This document shows, piece after piece, positions 1-10,948 of a DNA stretch of 64,000 nt (position 1 is the first letter of the stretch; every line of letters begins with the position of its first letter). The DNA is taken from the NCBI GenBank assembly GCA_963741205.1, contig CAVUHW010000006.1, forward strand, positions 101,206-165,205. Reading direction: 5' to 3'. The notes under the pieces are model-generated. The model did not search any database. It saw only the letters and a program-made list of their open reading frames with translations, and had not been told where the DNA came from. Source of the DNA: Nitrospirota bacterium (GTDB taxonomy: Bacteria > Nitrospirota > UBA9217). The translations under genes were made by a program, and so were the position numbers.

Positions 1-64
1 GAATTACGCGAATGCCCCTGTGGGAACATACGGGGACCTGCTGACGCTCACGGTCAATTATTAA
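1..64 (+). CDS. 3' end of Csu/spore-coat-U-type pilin subunit (partial)
   Basis: Frame 2 reads NYANAPVGTYGDLLTLTVNY*, matching the G-x-Y-x-D-x-(L/V)-x-(V/L)-T-V-x-Y C-terminus of SCPU pilins; lies directly upstream of chaperone and usher. Confidence 0.7.
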   Translation, partial: NYANAPVGTYGDLLTLTVNY

Positions 65-101
65 AACATCATAAACAATTTTTCCAAACGAGGTGGATAC
101 T

Positions 102-887
102 ATGTCATCGAAGCGCTTCATTCTTCCTGTATGGGCTCTCGCTGTTCTCTCTTACCTGATTTTAATACCGCTTCAGGGTGTTGCTTCGAATTTCAACATC
201 ACGCCGACATCGTTGGAATTGTCCGGCAACGTCAAGAGCGGTGTCTTCTCGGTGGTGAACAGCGGCGACGAAAAGCTGAACTGCCAGATCGACTTAAAGG
301 AATGGAGCCAGGACGTGGAGGGCAAGGACGTCTATACGGAGGCAAAGGATATCGTGTTCTTCCCGAAGATCATGACCGTGGAACCCAATGAACAGCGGGC
401 CGTCAGGATCGGAATCAAGGGCCCGACTTCGCTCAAGGAGAAGACCTACCGGCTTTTTGTCGAAGAGATTCCGTCGCAGAAAAAGTCGTCGGAGGCCAAA
501 ACCGAAGGGAAGATATCCGCCGGGCTGACTATCGCTTTCCGGTATGCGACGCCAATTTTTGTAAAGCCCGCCAAGCCGCAGGAGAGCGGAGTTATCGACA
601 AGGTGGACATGTCGAAGGGCGTTGCCAAGGCAATCGTAAAGAACGAGGGAAATGTCCATTTCAAGCTTCTCACCGTGACCTTCCGGGGAAAAGCCGCAGA
701 CGGCAAGGAATTGTTTTCCAAGGAAGTTGCAGGCTGGTATGTTCTGCAGGGCATGTCGCGGCCGTACGAAACAACAGTCCCGCAAGAAGTCTGCGCAAAC
801 TTGTCCACGATAGAAGTGAATGCCCAAGCTGAGAATACCAAATTCAACGGGTCATTGAATGTTCAGAAAAAGATGTGCACGGAGTAA
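102..887 (+). CDS. Fimbrial periplasmic chaperone (PapD/CsuC-like)
   Basis: Signal peptide; motifs ITPTSLEL, FFPKIMTV, EKTYRLFVEEIP, NEGNVH; GAGG RBS before ATG102. Confidence 0.85.
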   Translation: MSSKRFILPVWALAVLSYLILIPLQGVASNFNITPTSLELSGNVKSGVFSVVNSGDEKLNCQIDLKEWSQDVEGKDVYTEAKDIVFFPKIMTVEPNEQRAVRIGIKGPTSLKEKTYRLFVEEIPSQKKSSEAKTEGKISAGLTIAFRYATPIFVKPAKPQESGVIDKVDMSKGVAKAIVKNEGNVHFKLLTVTFRGKAADGKELFSKEVAGWYVLQGMSRPYETTVPQEVCANLSTIEVNAQAENTKFNGSLNVQKKMCTE

Positions 888-3474
888 TACGGCCGCATCG
901 AAGAACATCCGCGTTCCGAATTGGACGCAAGGCTTGTTGATATTTTTTTTTGTCGTCTTAGCAATGTTCGGCGTTTCTATCTCCGCCAGCGCCGAACTAT
1001 CTGCCGGACAGCCTGTTGCCCCGCTTGCACCTAGGCTTGCCTCCGCGGCGTCGGGCGCATCGGCGCCGGAACCTGCCTCGAATTTTCCCCCACTCCAAAA
1101 AGAAACGACCCAGATTATCGTCGGCGTCTCCATCAACACGGAGGCCAAGGGAGATTTCTTTGTAGAACTGGACGAACAGGGCGAACTGTTCATAAGGGTA
1201 GACGACCTCATCGACCTGAAACTCGGGTTCGATCAGAACCGCACGGTGCTTATTCATAACGAAAAATACGCTCCGCTCAGCGCTGTTCGCGACATTAAAT
1301 ATACGTTCGACGAAAAAAAGCTGACCGTCGCCATCCTTGGTAAGACCACCGAAAAACGGCAAACAACCATAGACCTCTACCCGGCCCCGGCCAAGCCGCA
1401 GAATGTCTATTATCCCCGCGAAACCAGTGCCTTCGTTAATTACGGGCTCAATTATCTCTATACGAATTCCGCCGGCTTTCAGTCATTCTCCGTGACGAAC
1501 AAACTCGGGGCGAGGACCGGCGATGTTTTCTTTGTTTCCGATTCGCTTTATACGAAAACCGACTCCGGCAGTCAATTCGTGCGGCTTTCCAGCAATGCAA
1601 CCTACGAACGGCGGGACGACCTCCAATGGCTTGTCGTGGGAGACCAGTTTGCGAGTTCGGGTGATCTGGGCGGCACGGTCAATATCGGCGGCATCGGCTT
1701 TTCCAAGGTATACAAGCTGGACCCCTACTTTATCACCCAGCCGATGTTCAACCTCAGAGGGATCACGGCGTATCCTTCCCAGGCCGAGATCTACGTAGAC
1801 GGCGTCCTGGCGGGCAGACAGACGATTGCGCCGGGGTCATTCGAGCTCAAGAACATTTATTCCTACGCGGGGGCCCATAACGTCGATATTCTGCTCAAGG
1901 ATCCCTTCGGCAACGAGCAGCGCATTTTCTATCCCCTGTATTTCAACGTTCAATTGCTCAGGGAAGGTCTCCATGAATACAGTTACAACGCCGGGTTTTT
2001 GAGAGAACAGTTTGGGGTGAAGAGCAACGATTACGGGAAGCCGGCCTTTTCCGCGTTCCACCGTTACGGCGTTTCGAACTCCCTGAACATCGGGGCCCGG
2101 GCTGAAGGGACGGACGGCGTCTATAACGGCGGAGTTTCCACATCGTTTACGCTGCCCCGCACAGGTAGCTTTACCCTGGCTGCTGCCGCGAGCAGCGCGG
2201 GAAGTGAGCATGGCTCCGCGGGCTCCTTCCAACATTCCTATCAATTCGGCAGTTTCAATACGAACTTGCAAATAAGCGGCTTTTCGCGCGAATACTCTAC
2301 CGTCAGCGTCCCCGCATCCCCTGATATGACCAAATTCCTGGCGAGTCTGGGAGGAGGGTTTCTTGTATCTTCCCTGGGCGGCGTATCCGCCAATTATTTG
2401 GTTACCGAGACCTACCGAGGCGTTACTACGCGCGTCACATCAGCGTCCTATTCACGGGGGCTGACGAGAACAACCAGCCTCTTCGCGACCGCTTCGGCAA
2501 CTCGCGTCCAGGACACGACATACGGTTTTTTTATAGGCCTGAATTTCACCCCGAAAAACGATATCCACGGCGCCGTCCAGTATAACAAGACCGGCGGTAC
2601 GGATACGGAAACAGTTCAGATCCAAAAAGACACGCCCATCGGAGAGGGCGTGGGATATCGGGCCTCCCTCAGCCGCTCCGATGCGGGGGCATCGACCTCC
2701 TATGCGCTGGACCCCTCAATCCAGTATAATGCCAGGTACGGAATCTATTCTTTTGACGCCGTCCTCCAGAATTCCAGCGGCAACACGTCCGAAGCCTATA
2801 ACGTTTCCGCCGCCGGCTCGCTCGTGTACGCGGGCGGATTTTACGGCCTCTCGAGGCCGGTCAACGACAGCTTCGGCATCATCATGGTGGGCGAGGTGCC
2901 GAATGCGACGGTACTGAACAACGGCCAGGAAATCGGAAAGACTGATTCATCCGGCACGCTGGTCGTGCCGACGCTTACCTCCTACAGTCAAAATCAGATC
3001 ACGCTCGACATGAAAAATACGCCGATGGACTACAGTATTTCAGGTGTAAACGCGAAAATTGCTCCTTCGCTCTGGAGTGGTTCCTGCTTAGCGTTTGATG
3101 CGATCAAAGTGCGCTCCTTGGCGGGAAGCGTGTATGTGAAAAAAGATGATAAGAAAATCGCTCTGGAGTTCGTCGATATAACAATGAAAGTGGGTGAAAA
3201 AGAAGTGACGTTCCCAACAGGCAAGGGCGGGGAATTTTACATGGAAAATACCTTTGCGGATGATTCCAGCAAAGTCGCCGAGGATAAACTGAGCTGCCGG
3301 GCGATCGCTGAACGCAGGAAGACCGGCGGCAACTACATTCATCCCGGAAGCTATCACGCATGGGTTGACACGGAAGGCGGCAGATGCGAATTTGCCATTT
3401 CGTTCCCGGAGACGGAAGACGTGATTACCGACATTGGGGAAGTGCAGTGCATCATGAGAAAGGGAGCAAATTGA
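859..3474 (+). CDS. Fimbrial outer-membrane usher (CsuD-like); start uncertain
   Basis: About 870 aa, beta-strand rich; usher-like motifs PSQAEIYVDG, DPFGNEQ, LLREGLHEYSYNAG, GLSRPVNDSF; follows the chaperone. Confidence 0.85.
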   Translation: MFRKRCARSNTAASKNIRVPNWTQGLLIFFFVVLAMFGVSISASAELSAGQPVAPLAPRLASAASGASAPEPASNFPPLQKETTQIIVGVSINTEAKGDFFVELDEQGELFIRVDDLIDLKLGFDQNRTVLIHNEKYAPLSAVRDIKYTFDEKKLTVAILGKTTEKRQTTIDLYPAPAKPQNVYYPRETSAFVNYGLNYLYTNSAGFQSFSVTNKLGARTGDVFFVSDSLYTKTDSGSQFVRLSSNATYERRDDLQWLVVGDQFASSGDLGGTVNIGGIGFSKVYKLDPYFITQPMFNLRGITAYPSQAEIYVDGVLAGRQTIAPGSFELKNIYSYAGAHNVDILLKDPFGNEQRIFYPLYFNVQLLREGLHEYSYNAGFLREQFGVKSNDYGKPAFSAFHRYGVSNSLNIGARAEGTDGVYNGGVSTSFTLPRTGSFTLAAAASSAGSEHGSAGSFQHSYQFGSFNTNLQISGFSREYSTVSVPASPDMTKFLASLGGGFLVSSLGGVSANYLVTETYRGVTTRVTSASYSRGLTRTTSLFATASATRVQDTTYGFFIGLNFTPKNDIHGAVQYNKTGGTDTETVQIQKDTPIGEGVGYRASLSRSDAGASTSYALDPSIQYNARYGIYSFDAVLQNSSGNTSEAYNVSAAGSLVYAGGFYGLSRPVNDSFGIIMVGEVPNATVLNNGQEIGKTDSSGTLVVPTLTSYSQNQITLDMKNTPMDYSISGVNAKIAPSLWSGSCLAFDAIKVRSLAGSVYVKKDDKKIALEFVDITMKVGEKEVTFPTGKGGEFYMENTFADDSSKVAEDKLSCRAIAERRKTGGNYIHPGSYHAWVDTEGGRCEFAISFPETEDVITDIGEVQCIMRKGAN

Positions 3475-3705
3475 CGTCCTCCCCGGCCTGAAGGCCGAGC
3501 ATTCCAATGACTATCCTTGCCAGCTTCCGCTGCAAGAAAGCGGCAGAAATCCCGTAGTGTGACAGTAAGCGGCCCCTTAAGACCAGGGGAAACAATATTT
3601 CTGCCGTCTTGACTCAAAAAAGAGCTTCTCAACCTTCAGTCTCCTTAATCTCTCCATCCTTTTCAGGCGCCTCCGCTTCCCCGGGCTCATTAGCCGTATT
3701 TCTGA

Positions 3706-3735
3706 TTGACACTTCTTGAAAGTATCTGGTATAGT
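3706..3735 (+). promoter_or_regulatory. sigma70-type promoter of trp operon
   Basis: TTGACA-N18-TATAGT with extended -10 TG, 30 nt upstream of trpE ATG; AAGGAG RBS. Confidence 0.7.
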
Positions 3736-3764
3736 ACGCAATCCTCTGGTTTTCAAGGAGTTTT

Positions 3765-5254
<1,490 letters not shown>

Positions 5255-5267
5255 GAAATAACGTTGA

Positions 5268-5347
5268 AACCACGGGTTCTGCTTACCCCGCTCCGTGTCA
5301 GATGCTAATAGATGCGGACGAAGGCAGAACACACGGATAAACACGGT
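5268..5347. repeat. Degenerate copy of AACCAC-GAT-AACACGGAT intergenic repeat (family A)
   Basis: AACCACGG ... ACACGGATAAACACGG between trpE and trpG. Confidence 0.5.
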
Positions 5348-5424
5348 TGGAAAAAGCAAAATTTGAATTTAGTTTTACCGTGTGCGACGGAGTCGCCTGT
5401 GAGTTACTACTGTTTGAGGTTCTT

Positions 5425-5989
5425 ATGTTGCTGATGATCGACAATTACGACTCCTTCACGTACAACCTGGTCCAGTATTTCGGCGAACTGGGCCAGGACC
5501 TGAAGGTGTACCGCAACAACAAGATCACGATCTCCGAGATCGAGAGAGATGGCCCCGGACCGCATCGTGGTGTCGCCGGGGCCGTGCACGCCCAAGGAGG
5601 CGGGTGTCTCCATCGAAGTGATCAGACATTTCACGGGCAAGGTCCCGATCCTGGGCGTCTGCCTCGGCCATCAGGCCATCGGCGACGCCTTCGGCGGGGA
5701 CGTGATCCGCGCTCCCTACCTCATGCACGGCAAGACCTCGATGATCCACCACGACGGCAAGACCATCTTTGCCGGTCTCCAGAATCCCTTCGAGGCAACG
5801 CGCTACCATTCGCTCATTATCAAGCGTGAGACCCTGCCGCCGGTGCTCGAAGTCTCTGCCTGGACGGACGATGGCATCATCATGGGCGTGCGGCACCGGC
5901 AGCACAAGCTCGAGGGCGTGCAGTTCCATCCCGAGTCGATCCTGACCGGGGCGGGGAAGGACCTCTTGAGGAACTTTTTGAAACTGTGA
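5425..5989 (+). CDS. trpG: Anthranilate synthase component II, glutamine amidotransferase (frameshift near 5545)
   Basis: [40 protein letters not shown]. Confidence 0.95.
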
Positions 5990-5994
5990 TTACT

Positions 5995-6082
5995 AACCAC
6001 ACCCTGCACTCGCGGTTCCACTCGTAAACGCTGGGCGCAGGCAGATGAACACGGTTACGGCTATGCCGTAAACACGGATAAA
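5995..6082. repeat. Degenerate family A repeat
   Basis: TAACCAC ... CAGATGAACACGG ... TAAACACGGATAAA between trpG and trpD. Confidence 0.5.
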
Positions 6083-6173
6083 GGCAATTGGTTTTTTAAC
6101 CAAGGCCTTGCTTTCATCTGTGATGCGAAGCCCGTGTGAGCGAAGCTCCTGTGGTTCAATGTCAGAGGTTCTT

Positions 6174-7189
6174 ATGATCAAGGAAGCCATCGCCAAGGTC
6201 GTTGCAAAGACCAACCTCACCGAGGCCGAAGCCGAGGCCGTGATGCGCGAGATCATGCAGGGAGAGGCGACGGACGCCCAGATCGCCTCGTACATCACCG
6301 CGCTCCGCATGAAGGGCGAGACCGTGGATGAGATCACCGGCTCCGCCCGGGTCATGCGCGAGAAGGCCGTGCCGATCAGGATCGATGCGAAATACCAGCT
6401 CGACACCTGCGGGACCGGCGGCGACATGGCGCATACCTTCAATATTTCCACGACCGCCGCGTTCGTGGTCGCCGGCGCCGGCGTGACCGTGGCGAAGCAC
6501 GGAAACCGCTCGGTCTCGAGCAAGAGCGGCAGCGCCGACGTGCTCCAGGCCCTGGGCGTCAACATCGAGGTCCCTGCCCACCGTGTCGAAGAATGCATGC
6601 GGGAGGTGGGCATCGGTTTCCTCTTCGCTCCCCTGATGCACCAGGCCATGAAGTTCGCCATCGGGCCGCGCCGCGAGGTCGGCATCCGCACCATCTTCAA
6701 CGTGCTCGGTCCGCTCACCAATCCTGCAAGGGTCAAGTCCCAGATCATGGGCGTCTACGCGGCGGACCTGACCGGCCCCCTCGCCCGGGCGTTGGGGAAC
6801 CTCGGCACCGTCCACGCCTTCGTGGTGCATGGGATGGACGGGCTTGACGAGATCACGATCACGGACAGGACCAAGGTCTCGGAGTTCACGAACGGGACGG
6901 TGAAGGACTATTTCATCCATCCGTCGGAGTTCGGCATTACCCGCCGGCAAGGCCGAAGACCTCAAAGGGGGGGATGCAAAGGACAATGCAGCCATCTCCG
7001 TGGAGATCCTGAAAGGCCGGAAAGGCGCGCAGCCGGGACATCGTTCTCCTGAACGCGGCTGCCGGGCTCGTTGCTTCTGGCAGGGCCGCGGATTTCCCGG
7101 CGGGGATCAAACTGGCGGGGGAATCGATCGATTCCGGTTCCGCACTCAAGAAGCTGGAAGAGCTGAAGGCGTTTACGAATAAAGCGTAA
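6174..7189 (+). CDS. trpD: Anthranilate phosphoribosyltransferase (frameshifts near 6945 and 7030)
   Basis: [46 protein letters not shown]; C-terminus [15 protein letters not shown] in another frame. Confidence 0.95.
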
Positions 7190-7198
7190 AAAAATATT

Positions 7199-7290
7199 TA
7201 ACCACCGATGAACACGGATAAATAATTATGAAAGACGGTAAAACCGGAGAAGATTAAATATTGTGATGTATCCGTGTTCATCCGTGGTTA
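7199..7290. repeat. Family A palindromic element with 22-bp inverted arms
   Basis: TAACCACCGATGAACACGGATA (7199-7220) and TATCCGTGTTCATCCGTGGTTA (7269-7290) pair at 21 of 22 positions around an AT-rich spacer. Confidence 0.85.
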
Positions 7291-7302
7291 CCTGTTCAGT
7301 AC

Positions 7303-8082
7303 ATGATCTTAGACGACATCATCGCGAACAAAAAAGAAGAGTTGGCGGAGACCAAGAGCCGCGTTTCTCTCGCCGATATCAAAGCGAAGGCGGCTGATGC
7401 CGGGCCGGTGCGGGGTTTTGGTGCCGCGCTTTCAAAGGGGCCGGGGATCGGGCTCATCGCGGAGATAAAGAAGGCATCTCCGTCCAAGGGCGTGATCCGC
7501 GAAGATTTCGATCCCTTGGCAATCGCGCGGATTTATGCGGAGTCGGGTGCGTCATGTATTTCGGTCCTGACGGAACAGAGATTTTTCCAGGGGAAGATCG
7601 AGTATCTCGAGATGGTCCGGAAAGCCCAGTGGCTGCCGCTCCTTCGCAAGGATTTCATCATTGACGAGTACCAGATATTCGAGGCGCGTGCCGCGGGCGC
7701 AGACGCAATCCTGCTGATCGCGGCCTGCCTGGAGAAACGGCAGATTGAGGATTTTCTCGGCATCGCAGCCCGACTCGGCCTCGACGTCCTGGTCGAGTCC
7801 CATACGTACCGGGAGTTGGACAAGTCGCTTCTTGCCGGGGCGACACTGGTGGGGATCAATAACCGTGATCTCTCGACCTTTACGGTCAGCCTCCAAACCA
7901 CGCTCGATCTCCTGAAGGACATACCCGAAGACCGGACGGTTGTGAGCGAGAGCGGCATCAAGACGAGGGACGATGTGGTGAAGCTCGAGAAAGCGGGAGT
8001 GGACGCGATCCTCGTCGGCGAGGGCCTGATGAGGGAGAAGGACATCGGGAAAAAGGTGAAAGAACTTTTAGGAAAGGAATGA
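7303..8082 (+). CDS. trpC: Indole-3-glycerol phosphate synthase
   Basis: IAEIKKASPSKG, SVLTE, LRKDFI, GINNRDL, SESGI. Confidence 0.97.
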   Translation: MILDDIIANKKEELAETKSRVSLADIKAKAADAGPVRGFGAALSKGPGIGLIAEIKKASPSKGVIREDFDPLAIARIYAESGASCISVLTEQRFFQGKIEYLEMVRKAQWLPLLRKDFIIDEYQIFEARAAGADAILLIAACLEKRQIEDFLGIAARLGLDVLVESHTYRELDKSLLAGATLVGINNRDLSTFTVSLQTTLDLLKDIPEDRTVVSESGIKTRDDVVKLEKAGVDAILVGEGLMREKDIGKKVKELLGKE

Positions 8083-8084
8083 AA

Positions 8085-8148
8085 TAACCACAGATAAACA
8101 CAGTGAAAACAACGAACTTGGATTTGATTTGTTGTTCATCCGTGGTTA
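8085..8148. repeat. Family A palindromic element
   Basis: TAACCACAGATAAACA ... TGTTCATCCGTGGTTA between trpC and trpF. Confidence 0.8.
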
Positions 8149-8159
8149 CACAAAACCCT

Positions 8160-8781
8160 ATGATAAAAATCAAAATCTGCGGCATCACCAATCCTGGAAG
8201 ACGCACTTGCGGCGGCCGCCGCCGGGGCCGATGCGCTCGGGTTCAACTTCTACAAGAAGAGCCCGCGCTGCATCGAGCCGTCAAAAGCGGCCGAGATCAT
8301 CGACCAACTGCCTCCCTTCATCGTGCCCGTGGGCGTATTCGTGAATGAACGGGAGGACAAGATCCGTGAAATCCTGGCATCGACCGGCATTCAGGCCATC
8401 CAGTTTCACGGCGACGAGAGTCCCGAGTTCTGCCAGCGGTTCGGCGGGCGCGTCATCAAGGCGTTTCAGGTCAAGGACAAGGAAAGCCTCAAGAACATGG
8501 CGCACTACCGGGTGGGCGCATTCCTGCTCGACAGCTACAAGGACGGCATTCGCGGCGGGACCGGCGTCGCCTTCGACTGGCACCTGGCCGTGGTCGCAAA
8601 GACCTTCGGCAAGGTGATCCTCGCCGGCGGACTCACGCCCGAGAACGTGTCCGAAGCCGTGAAACTCGTTCAGCCGTACGGCGTTGACGTGACGGGCGGC
8701 GTAGAAAAGGAAAAGGGCATCAAGGACCACGCGAAGATCAAAAGATTCATTACCGAGGTCCGAAGGGCGTCACGACCATGA
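8160..8781 (+). CDS. trpF: Phosphoribosylanthranilate isomerase (frameshift near 8195)
   Basis: [40 protein letters not shown]. Confidence 0.95.
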
Positions 8782-9968
8782 ATATTCCGGATAAAAAAGG
8801 TCACTTCGGCGTCTACGGCGGGAAGTTCGCGCCCGAGACGCTGATGCCGGCGCTCGCCGAGCTTGAGGCCGCGTACCTTGCGGCAAAGAAGGACAAGGAG
8901 TTCCTGGCCGAGCTTGATTTCTACTTTCGCGAGTTCATCGGCCGTCCCACGCCTCTTTATTTCGCCAAACGCCTGACCGAGCACCTGGGCGGCGCGAAGA
9001 TCTACCTGAAGCGCGAGGACCTCTGCCACACGGGCGCGCACAAGATCAATAACTCCCTGGCGCAGGTCCTGCTCGCCCGGCGCATGGGCAAGACCCGCGT
9101 GGTCGCCGAGACCGGCGCGGGTCAGCACGGCGTGGCCACGGCCACGGCGGCGGCCATGTTCGGGCTCGACTGCGAAGTCTATATGGGCACCGACGACGTG
9201 GCGCGACAGTCCTTGAACGTCTTCCGCATGAAACTCCTGGGCACTATTGTGCGGCCCGTGGACCTGGGAAGCAAAACGCTCAAGGACGCCATCAACGAGG
9301 CCATGCGGGACTGGATCACGAACGTGGCGAACACGCACTACGTGCTGGGCACGGTCTTCGGCCCCCATCCTTTCCCCGTGATGGTGCGCGATTTTCAGTC
9401 CGTGATCGGCCGCGAGGCGAAAAAGCAGATCATGAAATTCGAAGGCAGGCTGCCGGACGCCCTGATCGCCTGCGTGGGGGGCGGGTCGAACTCCATGGGC
9501 CTGTTCTACGAATTTCTCGATGAACCCGCCGTCAAGATGTACGGCATCGAGGCCGGCGGCCTCGGGATCGAGCCGGGCAGGCACGCGGCCCGTTTCGCCG
9601 GCGGTTCGCTCGGCGTATTGCAGGGCTCCAAGACGTTCGTGCTCCAGGACAAGGACGGCCAGATCGATCTTACCCATTCGGTTTCCGCCGGTCTGGATTA
9701 TGCGGCGGTCGGGCCGGAGCACGCCTACTATCATGATACCGGCCGCATCGAGTACACCTATGCCGTCGACGAAGAGGCGATGGAGGCCTTCGACCTCCTT
9801 TCCCGCCTCGAGGGAATCATCCCGGCCTTGGAGAGCGCGCACGCAGTCGCCTATTGTCTCAAGCTGGCGCCCACACTCGGCAGGGACAAGGTCATCATCG
9901 TGAACCTCTCTGGCCGCGGGGACAAGGACGTGATGCAGGTGGCGAAGATCAAGGGCGTGGAACTTTAG
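8778..9968 (+). CDS. trpB: Tryptophan synthase beta chain
   Basis: [15 protein letters not shown] (PLP lysine), [31 protein letters not shown]. Confidence 0.98.
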   Translation: MNIPDKKGHFGVYGGKFAPETLMPALAELEAAYLAAKKDKEFLAELDFYFREFIGRPTPLYFAKRLTEHLGGAKIYLKREDLCHTGAHKINNSLAQVLLARRMGKTRVVAETGAGQHGVATATAAAMFGLDCEVYMGTDDVARQSLNVFRMKLLGTIVRPVDLGSKTLKDAINEAMRDWITNVANTHYVLGTVFGPHPFPVMVRDFQSVIGREAKKQIMKFEGRLPDALIACVGGGSNSMGLFYEFLDEPAVKMYGIEAGGLGIEPGRHAARFAGGSLGVLQGSKTFVLQDKDGQIDLTHSVSAGLDYAAVGPEHAYYHDTGRIEYTYAVDEEAMEAFDLLSRLEGIIPALESAHAVAYCLKLAPTLGRDKVIIVNLSGRGDKDVMQVAKIKGVEL

Positions 9969-10036
9969 ATCATTTCGAGAATAGCGGACTATGCGGATTG
10001 CGGAATTGAGAATCAATCCGAATCATCAGAGGATAT

Positions 10037-10849
10037 ATGTCGAGAATAAAGAATACCTTCAATCGGCTCAGGAAAAAGAACGAAACCGCGCTCATCCCTT
10101 ACATCATGGCGGGGGACCCGGACTTCGCTGCGACGAAGACGCTCATTCTCGAGATGGAAAAGGCGGGATGCGACATCATTGAACTCGGCGCGCCTTTCTC
10201 CGATCCTTTGGCCGACGGGCCCACGATCCAGAAAGCGGCCATCCGGTCGCTCAAGCACCATACGAGCATAGCCGACGTGCTCGGCCTCGTCGCCGATGTG
10301 CGGAAGGCGAGTTCGATCCCGCTCATCGTCATGACCTACTACAACCTGATCTTTCATTACGGGGAAGAGCGGTTTGTGAACGATGCCGCCGCGGCCGGGC
10401 TGGACGGCATCATTCTGCCGGACCTTCCGCCGGAAGAGGCCGGAGCGCTGATACCCTTTGCGAAAAAGGCGGGTCTCGATACGATCTTCCTGCTCGCGCC
10501 GACGAGCACGGAGGAACGGATCAAAATCGTCTGCAAGGTCTCTCAGGGATTTGTCTATTATGTGTCCCTGACCGGCGTGACCGGAGCGCGCGCGGGGATA
10601 CAGGGTTCCGTTGAGGAGTCCCTCAGGAAGATCAAGGCGGTCACGGACAAGCCGGTTGCCGTGGGGTTCGGAATATCCACGCCGGACCAGGCGGCCCAGA
10701 TAGCCCGGTGGGGAGCGGACGGCGTGATCGTCGGAAGCGCTCTCGTCAAGGTGATCGAAGAGTACGGGAGTTCCCCGGAGCTTGTCGAGAAGACTTCGGC
10801 ATTCGCAAAGGCTCTCAAACAGGCGGTCCTTGCGGGGCACGTCGCATAA
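10037..10849 (+). CDS. trpA: Tryptophan synthase alpha chain
   Basis: ELGAPFSDPLADGPTIQ, PDLPPEE, YYVSLTGVTG, VGFGIS, ADGVIVGSA. Confidence 0.98.
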   Translation: MSRIKNTFNRLRKKNETALIPYIMAGDPDFAATKTLILEMEKAGCDIIELGAPFSDPLADGPTIQKAAIRSLKHHTSIADVLGLVADVRKASSIPLIVMTYYNLIFHYGEERFVNDAAAAGLDGIILPDLPPEEAGALIPFAKKAGLDTIFLLAPTSTEERIKIVCKVSQGFVYYVSLTGVTGARAGIQGSVEESLRKIKAVTDKPVAVGFGISTPDQAAQIARWGADGVIVGSALVKVIEEYGSSPELVEKTSAFAKALKQAVLAGHVA

Positions 10850-10948
10850 CCTCCGAATGATACAGTTCAAATCCCAAATTAAATCCACATCCGGAATTCC
10901 GGCAAGGTGGCGCCTGACATGCGGAGTTTGCTCTAAGCTTACGGAGCC

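Noticed and set aside
3480-3764. trp attenuator or T-box leader
   Set aside because: Promoter lies about 30 nt from the trpE start; no Trp-rich leader peptide or T-box motif seen
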